The notes under the pieces are model-generated. The model ran no database searches and was not told where the DNA came from. It saw nothing but the letters and a program-made list of their open reading frames with translations. This document shows positions 9,464-18,589 of a stretch of DNA of 32,781 nt, piece by piece. Within the stretch, counting starts at the first letter, position 1. Each line of letters opens with the position of its first letter. The stretch spans positions 1 through 32,781 of the forward strand of contig DASSXV010000012.1 of the NCBI GenBank assembly GCA_035703635.1, given 5' to 3'. The DNA is from Trueperaceae bacterium. GTDB lineage: Bacteria; Deinococcota; Deinococci; Deinococcales; Trueperaceae. Position numbers and translations under genes: made by a program.

Positions 9464-10945
9464 TTAGAAGGTGCGGCTCCAGTTCTGGGGCCAGCGCTCG
9501 ATGACGATCTTGGTCTGCGTGAAGAACTCGATGCCGTGTGCGCCCTGCGCGTGCAGGTCGCCGAAGAAGCTGTCTGACCAGCCGCTGAACGGGAAGAATG
9601 CCATGGGTGCCGCGACGCCCAGGTTGACGCCGATGTTGCCTGCGATCGCCTGGTGGCGGAACTGCCGTGCCGCGCTACCCGAGTTCGTGAAGATCGATGC
9701 CTGGTTGCCGAAGGCGCGGTCGTTGACCCACTCGATGGCCTCCTCGAGGCTCGAAGCGTGCATGAGTGAGAGCACCGGCCCGAAGACTTCGGTCTTGGCG
9801 AGCTCGCTTTTCGGGGCGACGTCATCGATGAGCGTCGGGTGCACGAAGTAGCCGTTACGGAAGCCGTCGACCTCGGCGTCCACGCCACCTGTGAGGACGC
9901 GCGCGCCTTGGCTTACGCCCTTCTCGATGAGCCCGCGGATGCGGTCCTTCGACTCGCCGGAGATGACCGGGCCCATCTCGACGCCCTTGTCAAGGCCGTA
10001 ACCGACCTTGCGCTTGGAGGCGGCGGCGACCATGCGCTCGGTGAACTCGCCGCGCGCGCCACCGACGGTGATGGCTACTGAGGTGGCCAGGCACCGCTGA
10101 CCAGCGCAACCGAACGCTGAGTCCGTGAGGATGCGCGTCGCCATCTCCATGTCGGCGTCAGGCAGGATGACCGCCGGGTTCTTGGCGCCCCCTTGGCACT
10201 GCGCGCGCTTGCCGTTCTGCGCGGCGCGCGAGTAGATGTAACGCGCAACGGGCGTAGAGCCGACGAACGAGATGGCCTTGACGTCCGGGTGATCGAGGAT
10301 GGCGTCGACCGTCTCCTTGCCGCCGTTGATCAAGCCGACCACGCCCGACGGGAAGCCGGCCTCCTCGAGGAGGCGGTAGAGGAGCTGCGTGGTCATCGGC
10401 ACTTTCTCGCTCGGCTTCAGCAGGAAGCAGTTGCCGGTAGCCACGGCGTAAGGCAGGTACCAGAGGGGGATCATGCCTGGGAAGTTGAACGGCGTGATGG
10501 CCGCCACCACCCCGAGCGGCTGCCTGATCATGTGCTCGTCGATGCCGTGCGCGATGTCCTCGTTGTTGGTGCCCTGCATCATGAACGGCGCGCCGCAAGC
10601 TACTTCCACGTTCTCGATGCCGCGCGCCATCTCGGCAGCTGCCTCGCCGTACGTCTTGCCCGCCTCGTTGGTGATGGTCCTGGCAAGTTCGTCGAGGTTC
10701 GCAGTGAGAAGCTCGCGGAGCTTGAACAGCGGCTTGATGCGGTCGACCACCGGCGTCTCGCGCCACTCCTTGAAGGCGGCGACACCGGCCTTCACCGCTT
10801 CGTCCACCTCGTCCTTCACGCTCATGGGCACACGCGCGATGGTCGCGGCAGTAGCGGGGTTGTGCACTTCGTTGTGCACCCCTGAGCGCGAGGGCTGCCA
10901 CTTGCCGCCCACGTAGTTGAGAAGGTCTTGAGCTGTTTCGATCAT
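9464..10945 (-). CDS. mmsA: CoA-acylating (methyl)malonate-semialdehyde dehydrogenase
   Basis: [42 protein letters not shown] catalytic region, EVFGPV. Start moved to ATG 10945 (MIETAQ). Confidence 0.93.
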   Translation of the reverse strand: MIETAQDLLNYVGGKWQPSRSGVHNEVHNPATAATIARVPMSVKDEVDEAVKAGVAAFKEWRETPVVDRIKPLFKLRELLTANLDELARTITNEAGKTYGEAAAEMARGIENVEVACGAPFMMQGTNNEDIAHGIDEHMIRQPLGVVAAITPFNFPGMIPLWYLPYAVATGNCFLLKPSEKVPMTTQLLYRLLEEAGFPSGVVGLINGGKETVDAILDHPDVKAISFVGSTPVARYIYSRAAQNGKRAQCQGGAKNPAVILPDADMEMATRILTDSAFGCAGQRCLATSVAITVGGARGEFTERMVAAASKRKVGYGLDKGVEMGPVISGESKDRIRGLIEKGVSQGARVLTGGVDAEVDGFRNGYFVHPTLIDDVAPKSELAKTEVFGPVLSLMHASSLEEAIEWVNDRAFGNQASIFTNSGSAARQFRHQAIAGNIGVNLGVAAPMAFFPFSGWSDSFFGDLHAQGAHGIEFFTQTKIVIERWPQNWSRTF

Positions 10946-11158
10946 CTTAGGTCCACCGTCCCTGCGAAGTAGATATGAAGGCGCGCGGCTACTTGCCGCG
11001 ACCGATTTTCGGTAGGCGCATTCTACGCCTAAGGCTGACCTGCTGGCAAAGAACGCGTTGCGCATGGGACTTCCTCACCCTTATGAGCCGCACGGCCCGT
11101 GCACTTCTGCACGGAGTACAAGGGCCCACTGCCGCCAACCAGCCTCTAGACTTGGGCC

Positions 11159-12358
11159 ATGGCAGAGAACAAGCTGAGCGGCTTCGCAACTCGCGCGGTG
11201 CGCTCCGGGCAGCAGCACGACCCGGAGACCCTCGCGCACGCCACACCCATCTACCAGACGAGCACGTTCGTGCTTGGCAGCATGGCGCGCGGCGCTGACC
11301 TCTTCGCTGGCGCGGCTAGCGGCAACGTCTACTCGCGCATCGGCAACCCGACCGTCAGGGCCGTCGAGGAGAAGATCGCCGCCCTCGAGGGCACCGAGGA
11401 GGCCGTGGCTTTCGCGTCGGGCATGGGCGGCATCGCGGCCGTGTTCCTCAGCCTCCTGCGGCAGGGCGACGAGGTGCTGATCCTAGGACCGCTTTACGGC
11501 GGCACGCGGGGCCTGCTCGAAGACCTGCTGCCGCGCTTCGGGGTCACGGGGCGGGCCGTGAACGAGGCGGAACTCCCAGCGGCCGTGGGGCCGCGCACGC
11601 GCATGATCTACGTGGAGTCGCCAACCAACCCCGACCTGCGCATACATGACCTCGCCCTAGTTGGCAGGGTGGCGCGGGAGCACGGGATCATCAGCGTGGC
11701 AGACAACACCTTCGCAACGCCCTACCTCAGTAGGCCAAGCGAGTTCGGCATCAGCATCGTGCTGCACTCGGCCACCAAGTACTTGAGTGGTCACGGCGAC
11801 CTCCTGGCTGGCGTCGTCGCCGGCCCAGCCGACCTGCTGCACGAGGTCCGCATGGAGGGCCTGCGGCACCTTGGCGCCAGCCTCGACCCGCATGCTGCTT
11901 ACCTCCTCCTGCGCGGCGTGCGCACGCTCCACCTGCGCATGGAGGCGCACTGCGCCAACGCCAGCGCCGTAGCGCACGCGCTGCGCGGCCAGCCTGGCGT
12001 TGCCAAGGTCCACTACCCTGGCTTCCCCGAGCACGCAGGCCATGCATTGGCGGCCAGCCAGATGAGCGGCTTCGGCGGCATGGTGTCACTTGAACTCGAT
12101 GGCGGGCTGCCGGCAGCAGCAGCTTTCCTAGAAGCGCTGCGCCTCTTCGACCACGCAGTCTCGTTAGGCGACGTGGCGTCGCTCGCCTGCCACCCGGCGT
12201 CAACCACGCACCAGCTCCTCCCCCGCGAGATGTTGGAGGCCGAGGGCGTTACCGACGGGCTCGTGCGGTTGTCAGTCGGCATCGAGGCGGCGGATGACCT
12301 CGTGGCGGACGTGCTGCAGGCGGCCGCAGTGGCGGCGCGGGTGGCCGTGCCTGGCTAG
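11159..12358 (+). CDS. PLP-dependent trans-sulfuration enzyme (methionine gamma-lyase / cystathionine gamma-lyase family)
   Basis: PIYQTSTF, YSRIGNPT, ESPTNP, DNTFATP, HSATKYLSGHGD (PLP Lys), LVRLSVGIE; TAGACT -10 box 6 nt before the ATG. Confidence 0.9.
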   Translation: MAENKLSGFATRAVRSGQQHDPETLAHATPIYQTSTFVLGSMARGADLFAGAASGNVYSRIGNPTVRAVEEKIAALEGTEEAVAFASGMGGIAAVFLSLLRQGDEVLILGPLYGGTRGLLEDLLPRFGVTGRAVNEAELPAAVGPRTRMIYVESPTNPDLRIHDLALVGRVAREHGIISVADNTFATPYLSRPSEFGISIVLHSATKYLSGHGDLLAGVVAGPADLLHEVRMEGLRHLGASLDPHAAYLLLRGVRTLHLRMEAHCANASAVAHALRGQPGVAKVHYPGFPEHAGHALAASQMSGFGGMVSLELDGGLPAAAAFLEALRLFDHAVSLGDVASLACHPASTTHQLLPREMLEAEGVTDGLVRLSVGIEAADDLVADVLQAAAVAARVAVPG

Positions 12359-15300
12359 AGGCTGTACACCGCACCCTGTGGGTCGCGTGCGTACTTGGCC
12401 TCCGCCGCGCTCAGCGCCTCCTCCATCTTCCTAAGGAAAGCGCTCTCGAGTTCCGGGCGGTCCTCGATACGCGCCCAATGGCTGGCGCGCTCGTAAGCCG
12501 CCGCCGCCTCGGCGCTCCTACCGCTGTCCGTGAGGATGTCGCCCATGTTGGCTGCGCCAAGGCGCGCGCCGTACGCGTAACCGATGCGTTCGCTCAGCGA
12601 GACGCACTCGCGCGCCAAGTCAAGCGCCCCGCCTGGCGGCAAGAGCTCGCCTTTGGTTGCCACTTGGGCGAGGCTCGCCAACGTGAGGGCTAGGCCGCTG
12701 TAATGCTTGACTGCCGCGTAGTTGGCGCGCGCTTCCTGCAGCGCCGCGAACGCCTCCTCGTGCCGCTGCTTCGAGGCAAGCACGAGCGCCATGTTGCCGC
12801 GCGCCTGGGCCTCGCCCAGGTGATCGCCCAACTCCGCGCGCATGCTGGCGGACGCCGCAAAGTGCGCCAGGGCAGCGCTATCGCCGTCGTCTCCGCCCAC
12901 CGAGCCAGCCACGATGCCAGCGGTGTTCAACGCCAGTGCGTGCGTTTCGTTCGGCCCTAGAGCAGCGAGCAGCTCGAGCGCTTCCGCGACGCGCGCAGCG
13001 GCCGCCTTGTTCTCACCCCTTTGCCAGTGGAACAAACCAACTGACTCCCTCACCCAAGCGCGCAACTCGAGGTCGGCATGTTCAGAGATGGCCGCGTCTA
13101 CCGCGCGGAAGAGCTCGAGCCCTGGGCGCGCGCGGCCGCGCACGTCGAGGTAGCCGCGCATGAACTTCACGAGGTGCCAGAGCGCTGGCCCGTCGCCACT
13201 ACTTGCCAGCCAACGGAGCGCGACCTCTAGGTTGGCGCGTTCCGCGTCGGCCACCTTGAAGCCGTGCTCGCTGCGTTCGTGGACGGGCAGCTCGTTCAGT
13301 TGCCGCGCAAGGTCGGAGTACGCCCTCGCCACGCGGCCATTCGCGGCGGGCGCGTCGAGCAGGGCGTCACGGAAGCGCTCGGCGACGGACTCGTGGACGG
13401 TGTAGCGCTCACCTTCGCGCCTTAGCAGTGAGCGTTCGAGGAGCGCGAGGAGGAAGAACGGTGAGGCGCTGCTTGCCGCGCGCCCCTCCTCAGCCCTGAA
13501 CCCGCCGCGGATCAGGGCGAGGGTCCCGAGGGCTTCTTGCTCCTCGGCGCTCATGAGTTGCCGCGCGACCTCGATGAAGCGTGTGGTCAGGGGCTGCGAC
13601 CCTGGCACGGCCATCAGTGACTCGGGTTGGCGATCGAGTTGTTCGATCAGCTCATGCAGGGCGAGGATGCGCGTCCAGGCCGCGGCCAACTCCAACGCCA
13701 ACGGCTCGCGGCCGACGCGCGTGAGCACTTCGTCCAGCTCGTCGTCGTCGACGTCCTCGGCGGCGCCCACGCGCTGCATGCCTTGGCGGAAGAGTTCACG
13801 CGCCGCCTCCGCGCTTAGCTCCGGTACGACCAGCACGCGTTCGCGCTCCAAGCGTAGGGGCATGCGGGCCGTGACAAGCAGCCGCAGGCCAGGTGCTCGC
13901 CGCAACAGACCCGTAAGCACGCCAGCCTGCTCGGCACCGGCGTCGGCGTTGTCTAGCACTACCCGCACGCGCCTGGCTCCCAAGCGCTCGACTAAGGCGT
14001 CGACGTCGTCAACGCGGTCGAAGCCGAGGGCCTCGGCGACAAGACCGGGCAGGGAGGCGGCCGAACTCAGGTTGCGCAAGTCGACCCAGTAAGTGCCGTC
14101 GTCGGCTCCGCCATCTTGTGCGTGGGCTAGTTCGAGGGCGAGCTGGGCGGCCAAGCGCGACTTGCCTGTGCCGCCCGCTCCGACAAGGACAACGAGTTGG
14201 CGTTCGCGTACGACTGCGGCGGCCGCCTCAAGCCAGGCGCGGCGCCCAACGAGTGGCCGCTCCCAAGTCGGCAGCACTACGGGCGGCCGCGAGCGCTGTT
14301 CAAGGACCCCGGCGATGCTGCGCTTCACCGCGCCAACGTCCGCGCTCCAGGCGCCGCCTCTGCGCTTCAGCACGCCATCCTCCACGAGCTTCAGCGTCAG
14401 TCGTGAAGTGGGGCCTGGCAGTCCGCCGCCGCTGGCAGCGAGTTCCTCGGCGACCTCGCGCGCTAGCGGGCCTCCGAGCGCGGCGCTCAACCAGGCACCA
14501 ACCTGGGCAGGCGTCAATGGGTCGAGTACGACTTGCTGGTCGGCTGCGAACGCGCCGCCTGCGCCGTCCATCACGACCTCGACGACCTGCGTGCCGCCCT
14601 GTTGAAGGCGCTCGGCGAGGAGTTCAGCGCTGCCCGGGTCGAGGCGATCGCCGCCCGTCAGCAACACGACGAGGCCGTGGGCGTCCGCGTCGTTGCGGAG
14701 GAGGGTGCGCAAGTCGTGCTCGACGGGCTCACCCTCGACGTCGCCCGCGTAAACAGCCCCGAGCGCCCACAGGTGAAGGCCCCTACGAGTCTCCTGCGCC
14801 GTTAGCTGCCTGACGACGCGGCCAGCTTGACGGGCGCGCACCGCGACCTCCGCGAGGAAGCGCGTCACGCCCGCGCCGGGGGCGGCGTTGACGCGCAGCA
14901 CGTTCGCGCCAGCTGCCGCCAGGAACGCGGTGGCGGCGGCGAGGTGCGCGTCGCGCCCCTCCAACCTCACCTCCTGCAGGGTCTTGGAATGCTGCTGCTC
15001 GCTGCGGTCATGAGCCATGACGGCGCTGCGCCCACCGCGTTTGGCGAGGCGCACGCGTTCGTCTGCGCGCTCGAACAGGTCGCGGTCGTCGTCCTCGTCG
15101 GTGGCAGCCACGCCAACGCTGGCGCTGATCGACACCCACACCGCGCCCTCGACGGGGTTGGAGGTGACTTGGTCGTGCACCCGGCGCAAGATGGCCTCCG
15201 CCTCCGCGCGGTTCGTGTCAGGAAGCAGGACAACGAACTCATCGCCGCCGAAGCGGAAGAGCTGGTCGTTGCCGCGCAGGCCCTTGAGGGTGCGCTCGGC

Positions 15301-15495
15301 CACCGCGCGTAGGGCGGCGTCGCCCGTCGCGTGGCCGTAGACGTCGTTAAGTGACTTGAGGTGGTCTACGTCTATCACGGCGAGCGCGTAATGTTCAGCC
15401 GTTTCCTGGCGGTTCCGCGCCAGCGCCTCAAGTGCGGGCGCTAAGTGCGCCCTGGTGCGTGCCCCCGTCAGGTCGTCGAGCAGCCATGACTCCAT
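12355..15495 (-). CDS. diguanylate cyclase fused to tandem P-loop (STAND/NB-ARC-like) domains and TPR repeats
   Basis: N-terminal DDLTG...DVDHLKSLNDVYGHATGD...RFGGDEF; degenerate Walker A AAPGAGVT; second Walker A GAGGTGKS with Walker B VVLDNAD and PLALELAAA; C-terminal helical TPR-like repeats. Confidence 0.88.
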   Translation of the reverse strand: MESWLLDDLTGARTRAHLAPALEALARNRQETAEHYALAVIDVDHLKSLNDVYGHATGDAALRAVAERTLKGLRGNDQLFRFGGDEFVVLLPDTNRAEAEAILRRVHDQVTSNPVEGAVWVSISASVGVAATDEDDDRDLFERADERVRLAKRGGRSAVMAHDRSEQQHSKTLQEVRLEGRDAHLAAATAFLAAAGANVLRVNAAPGAGVTRFLAEVAVRARQAGRVVRQLTAQETRRGLHLWALGAVYAGDVEGEPVEHDLRTLLRNDADAHGLVVLLTGGDRLDPGSAELLAERLQQGGTQVVEVVMDGAGGAFAADQQVVLDPLTPAQVGAWLSAALGGPLAREVAEELAASGGGLPGPTSRLTLKLVEDGVLKRRGGAWSADVGAVKRSIAGVLEQRSRPPVVLPTWERPLVGRRAWLEAAAAVVRERQLVVLVGAGGTGKSRLAAQLALELAHAQDGGADDGTYWVDLRNLSSAASLPGLVAEALGFDRVDDVDALVERLGARRVRVVLDNADAGAEQAGVLTGLLRRAPGLRLLVTARMPLRLERERVLVVPELSAEAARELFRQGMQRVGAAEDVDDDELDEVLTRVGREPLALELAAAWTRILALHELIEQLDRQPESLMAVPGSQPLTTRFIEVARQLMSAEEQEALGTLALIRGGFRAEEGRAASSASPFFLLALLERSLLRREGERYTVHESVAERFRDALLDAPAANGRVARAYSDLARQLNELPVHERSEHGFKVADAERANLEVALRWLASSGDGPALWHLVKFMRGYLDVRGRARPGLELFRAVDAAISEHADLELRAWVRESVGLFHWQRGENKAAAARVAEALELLAALGPNETHALALNTAGIVAGSVGGDDGDSAALAHFAASASMRAELGDHLGEAQARGNMALVLASKQRHEEAFAALQEARANYAAVKHYSGLALTLASLAQVATKGELLPPGGALDLARECVSLSERIGYAYGARLGAANMGDILTDSGRSAEAAAAYERASHWARIEDRPELESAFLRKMEEALSAAEAKYARDPQGAVYSL

Positions 15496-15614
15496 CTAGG
15501 CCAGCTTACCTAGGCCCTCTTACACCGTTATAACGACCCCAACGGCGTTCGCCTCACCTACCGGCCGGTTGGCTCTTGGTGGGCGAGGCGAACGGGATGC
15601 GCTCCAGTCGCGCT

Positions 15615-15950
15615 TCAGACGTGCGACTGATCGTCGTCTTTGACGACGCGGTCGACCGTGATGGTGAGGTTGGCGACCATGGCGGCGATGGCGCCGACGG
15701 CAGCCCACACTGGCAGGAGCACCGTGCCGATCACGCCGAGGGTCAGGGGGATCTCGATGAGGGTCTTGCCGTCGTCGTTCTTGATCGCGATGCGGCGCAC
15801 GTTGCCCTCGCGCACGAGTTCCTTGACCTTGGAAACCACGGCCTCGCCCGAGAGCCTGAACTCCTCGGTGGTGGTGCGGCCGGACTTGGTGTGCGTACTG
15901 GAGTTACTGTTGTGCTGCTCGGCCCCTTGGTTGTTTTCGTTCGCGTCCAC
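15615..15950 (-). CDS. DUF4342 domain-containing protein
   Basis: KVKELVREGNVRRIAIK...LIEIPLTLGVIG...AAVGAIAA is characteristic of DUF4342; GTG 15950 follows an AAGGAGG RBS. Confidence 0.85.
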   Translation of the reverse strand: MDANENNQGAEQHNSNSSTHTKSGRTTTEEFRLSGEAVVSKVKELVREGNVRRIAIKNDDGKTLIEIPLTLGVIGTVLLPVWAAVGAIAAMVANLTITVDRVVKDDDQSHV

Positions 15951-16091
15951 GTTGGCCTCCTTGGCTATTAGGTTAGGCGCTGAGTGGGCGGCGGCACATC
16001 CGCCGTTAGGATGAGGTGGCAAGTGAGTAAGTTTCAAGGCGCCAAGCTAGGCAGGCGCTGGCCGCGGTTCGGGGTGACAGCGCTAAGCAGC

Positions 16092-16140
16092 TGTACACAT
16101 CGCCCCCTTTTTCGCCGCAAGTTCGGGGACGATGTATACA
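16092..16140. repeat. imperfect inverted repeat with TGT...ACA ends
   Basis: TGTACACATCGCCCC ... GGGGACGATGTATACA (one mismatch, one bulge) in an intergenic region. Confidence 0.6.
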
Positions 16141-16303
16141 ACCTTCGTTGCGGCACCGTGATTGGTTCGCTGGGCCACGGGGCTAGGTACGACAGCGCCG
16201 AAGCCGACTTCGTTTAGTGGCACCTCGCAACGGCGTGCCGGTTTTGTGCAAGTGCCTCTTGAGCAATCGCTTGATTTAGCTGGTCTTTACCGCAGGCTCC
16301 AGT

Positions 16304-16388
16304 TTCGGATTGTGAGGATTTGACCCTTCGGATTGTGAGGATCAAGCTTTTCGGATTGTTAGGATCCGATAGTTCGGATTGTGAGGTG
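16304..16388 (+). repeat. four direct repeats of TTCGGATTGTGAGGAT at an exact 23-bp period (probable operator array)
   Basis: Copies start at 16304, 16327, 16350 (one G>T change) and 16373 (last 2 nt differ), with unrelated 7-bp spacers. Confidence 0.92.
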
Positions 16389-16391
16389 AGA

Positions 16392-16400
16392 TGTTATGGT
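16392..16400 (+). promoter_or_regulatory. extended -10 (TGnTATGGT), leaderless promoter of the DUF4143 ATPase gene
   Basis: TG-T-TATGGT lies 6 nt before the in-frame GTG at 16407. Confidence 0.6.
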
Positions 16401-16406
16401 GCCGGA

Positions 16407-17702
16407 GTGGACGGCGCCAACGCACAGTACCCACGCGGGCTGACATCTGTACTAACCCAGCGCATGGCCGAGTACCCAACGGTCATCATCCAAGGCCCCA
16501 GGACCGTTGGAAAAACTACCCTTCTGCATAGTCTTGCGAGCAAAGCTGGCGTCCCAATATTCGACCTCGACAGCCCAGCTACCCGCGACCTAGTGACGGC
16601 GGACCCCGAATTCTTCGCCGCTGGCGCCCGGCCCGTGCTGGTAGACGAGTACCAGAAGGCCCCGATTATCCTTGACGCCATCAAGGCTGAACTAAACCGG
16701 TCCAGCCAGCCCGGGCAGTTCGCCCTCACCGGATCTACTAGCTTCTACGCGCTGCCTCAGGTGGCACAAGCACTGACCGGCAGGCTGCACATTCTGACTT
16801 TGTACCCTTTGGCGCAAGCGGAGCTTGAACGGACTGGCACCAACATCATCACTACTCTCTTCGAGGCCCCAGAAGACCTAAGGGCGGCGCCCACCTCGCC
16901 AACTTCGCGGGAGGATTACGCTCGGCGGCTAGTAAGGGGCGGGTTCCCGCTAGCCCTATCCGTGTCCTCGGCCGCGGCTCGCAACCGCTGGTTTGATGAT
17001 TACGTCAGCCTCACTCTTGAGCGCGACGCAATCGAACTCCGGCAGATCGCCCGGACCGACCGCCTAACCCGCCTCCTCCACCGCTTGGCGGCGCAAACCG
17101 CCCAGGTACTGAACATCGCTAACGCCGCAGAAGCCGTTGGGCTCGATAAGAACACCGCCGGGGAGTATCTAAAGGTACTCGAGGCCCTTTTTCTGCTTTA
17201 CCGCCTGCCTGCCTGGGGAAAAACGCTGACTTCCAGGTCAACTAAGAGCCCAAAACTGCACGTTCTCGACTCTGGAGTTGCTGCGCGTCTATTGCTACTC
17301 TCCGAAGCGAAACTAGCTGCGCGCGATCCCTCCGCCGTCACCGAGTTCGGGCACCTCCTAGAAACCTTCGTGGTAGGCGAGCTTTTCAGGCACTCCGCTT
17401 GGCTCGACGAGCCCTTGACGCTGGGTCACTGGCGCACCCACGACAACGCTGAGGTCGATGTAGTTATCGAACGCGACGACGGCCGGGTGGCCGGGATAGA
17501 GGTGAAGGCCACTGGGCGCATCACCGATGCGTCGTTCAGGTCGTTGAGGGAGTTCCGCAACGCCTTGCCTGGACGTTTCGCAACCGGCGTGATTCTATAC
17601 CTCGGCCAGCACGCCATCCGCACAGCCGACGGGCTCTATGCGGCGCCGGTGGATTCGTTGTGGCGGCTGGGCGGCCAGCGGCACACGAGCACCTCTACCT
17701 GA
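16407..17702 (+). CDS. AAA_14 ATPase with DUF4143 / PD-(D/E)xK-like C-terminus
   Basis: Walker A GPRTVGKT, Walker B VLVDEYQ, LTGS, LVRGGFP, KLHVLDSG, GHLLETFV, EVDVV...GIEVK. Start moved to GTG 16407 because the longer ORF merely translates the repeat array. Confidence 0.9.
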   Translation: MDGANAQYPRGLTSVLTQRMAEYPTVIIQGPRTVGKTTLLHSLASKAGVPIFDLDSPATRDLVTADPEFFAAGARPVLVDEYQKAPIILDAIKAELNRSSQPGQFALTGSTSFYALPQVAQALTGRLHILTLYPLAQAELERTGTNIITTLFEAPEDLRAAPTSPTSREDYARRLVRGGFPLALSVSSAAARNRWFDDYVSLTLERDAIELRQIARTDRLTRLLHRLAAQTAQVLNIANAAEAVGLDKNTAGEYLKVLEALFLLYRLPAWGKTLTSRSTKSPKLHVLDSGVAARLLLLSEAKLAARDPSAVTEFGHLLETFVVGELFRHSAWLDEPLTLGHWRTHDNAEVDVVIERDDGRVAGIEVKATGRITDASFRSLREFRNALPGRFATGVILYLGQHAIRTADGLYAAPVDSLWRLGGQRHTSTST

Positions 17703-17721
17703 GCCCCGGAACCGATGACAT

Positions 17722-18054
17722 ATGCTGGCCGACAACATCGCCGAGTGCCGGGCAAACCTTCTCGACATCTTCGCTGAATACTTGGCGCTGAAGCCGTCCG
17801 ACGACGCCTACCGAGCAGCGATCCACGTGCTGCAAGTGAATCTGGTGCACGGCGACGCGCTAACCTTGCGCAGTAACGACGACCGCGCAATTACGTTTGC
17901 GGAGTGGGGTTACCTCGGCAAGGGCAGGTTCCAACGCCGCGATTTCCGCTACGACAACCTGACGCAAATGTCGGCGCTTGCGGCAGAAGGCTCGCTCTTT
18001 GCCGGCGTGCCCAAGCAGGAGATCTTCAGGCCTATCAAGGCGTGTCCGCCAGTG
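17722..18054 (+). pseudogene. C-terminal remnant of a restriction-modification DNA methyltransferase-like subunit
   Basis: DNIAECRANLL...NLVHGDAL...ITFAEWGYLGKGRFQRRDF resembles the C-terminal half of N6-methylase subunits; no N-terminal SAM-binding part is present. Assigned from recalled family similarity, not a search. Confidence 0.6.
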
Positions 18055-18056
18055 CG

Positions 18057-18182
18057 GGCGAGTTCGACGAGTTCGACCTTAACGAGTTCTTCTCCGCGGC
18101 GGGTCGGGGCAACGACGCGAAGTTCGAGCACAAGAACGACGTGCAGAAGTGGCTCGACATCATACGTGGTTCCTACATGCCG
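18057..18182 (+). pseudogene. short internal remnant of a restriction endonuclease/helicase subunit
   Basis: GEFDEFDLNEFF...AKFEHKNDVQKWLDIIRGSY lies in a different frame with coding-like codon usage and has no start or stop of its own. Resembles helicase-type R-M endonuclease subunits (recalled, not searched). Confidence 0.5.
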
Positions 18183-18526
18183 TGGGCAACGAGCAGGCCT
18201 GCTCCGACGCCATCTTGAGCCTGCGCCGGCGCGGCAGGCACGTTCAGGTCGGGCTTCTACCTCCTGTTGAGGGGCACCCGCGCGTTCCTATGGCGCGAGC
18301 TATCGCCTGGGAACTAGACCTGCTCGGCAGCCACGGCATGGCCACCGTCGATTACCCGCAGATGCTCGATCTCATCGAGCGCGGCGTGCTGCAGCCCCAA
18401 CGGTTGATCGAACGCACCATCGGCCTAGAGGAGGCCGCCGAGCTGTTGCCCACTTTCGACCGCGCCGCTGTGGCCGGAATGACGATGATCAAGCCGACGC
18501 CATCGCGGTCCGACGGCACGAACTAG
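18179..18526 (+). pseudogene. C-terminal remnant of a zinc-dependent alcohol dehydrogenase (MDR family)
   Basis: AVG...SLRRRGRHVQVGL...ELDLLGSHGM...IGLEEAAE is the end of an MDR Rossmann domain. The catalytic N-terminal domain is absent. Confidence 0.75.
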
Positions 18527-18589
18527 CGGCCTAACCCGACCCCTCCCCCATCCCAAGGTGGCAAGATTGGGCATGACCGTGAGCCGCCG

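Noticed and set aside
10946-11158. SAM riboswitch upstream of the trans-sulfuration gene
   Set aside because: No SAM-I core motifs were seen, and the gene appears leaderless, leaving no 5' UTR.
16304-16388. Repeat array as a CRISPR locus
   Set aside because: Repeats are 16 bp and spacers only 7 bp, far below CRISPR dimensions; repeats are not palindromic and no cas genes are present.
17722-18270. 182-aa ORF as one intact gene
   Set aside because: After about 18054 the translation becomes Ser/Thr/Arg-rich off-frame sequence; the coding signal moves to other frames.
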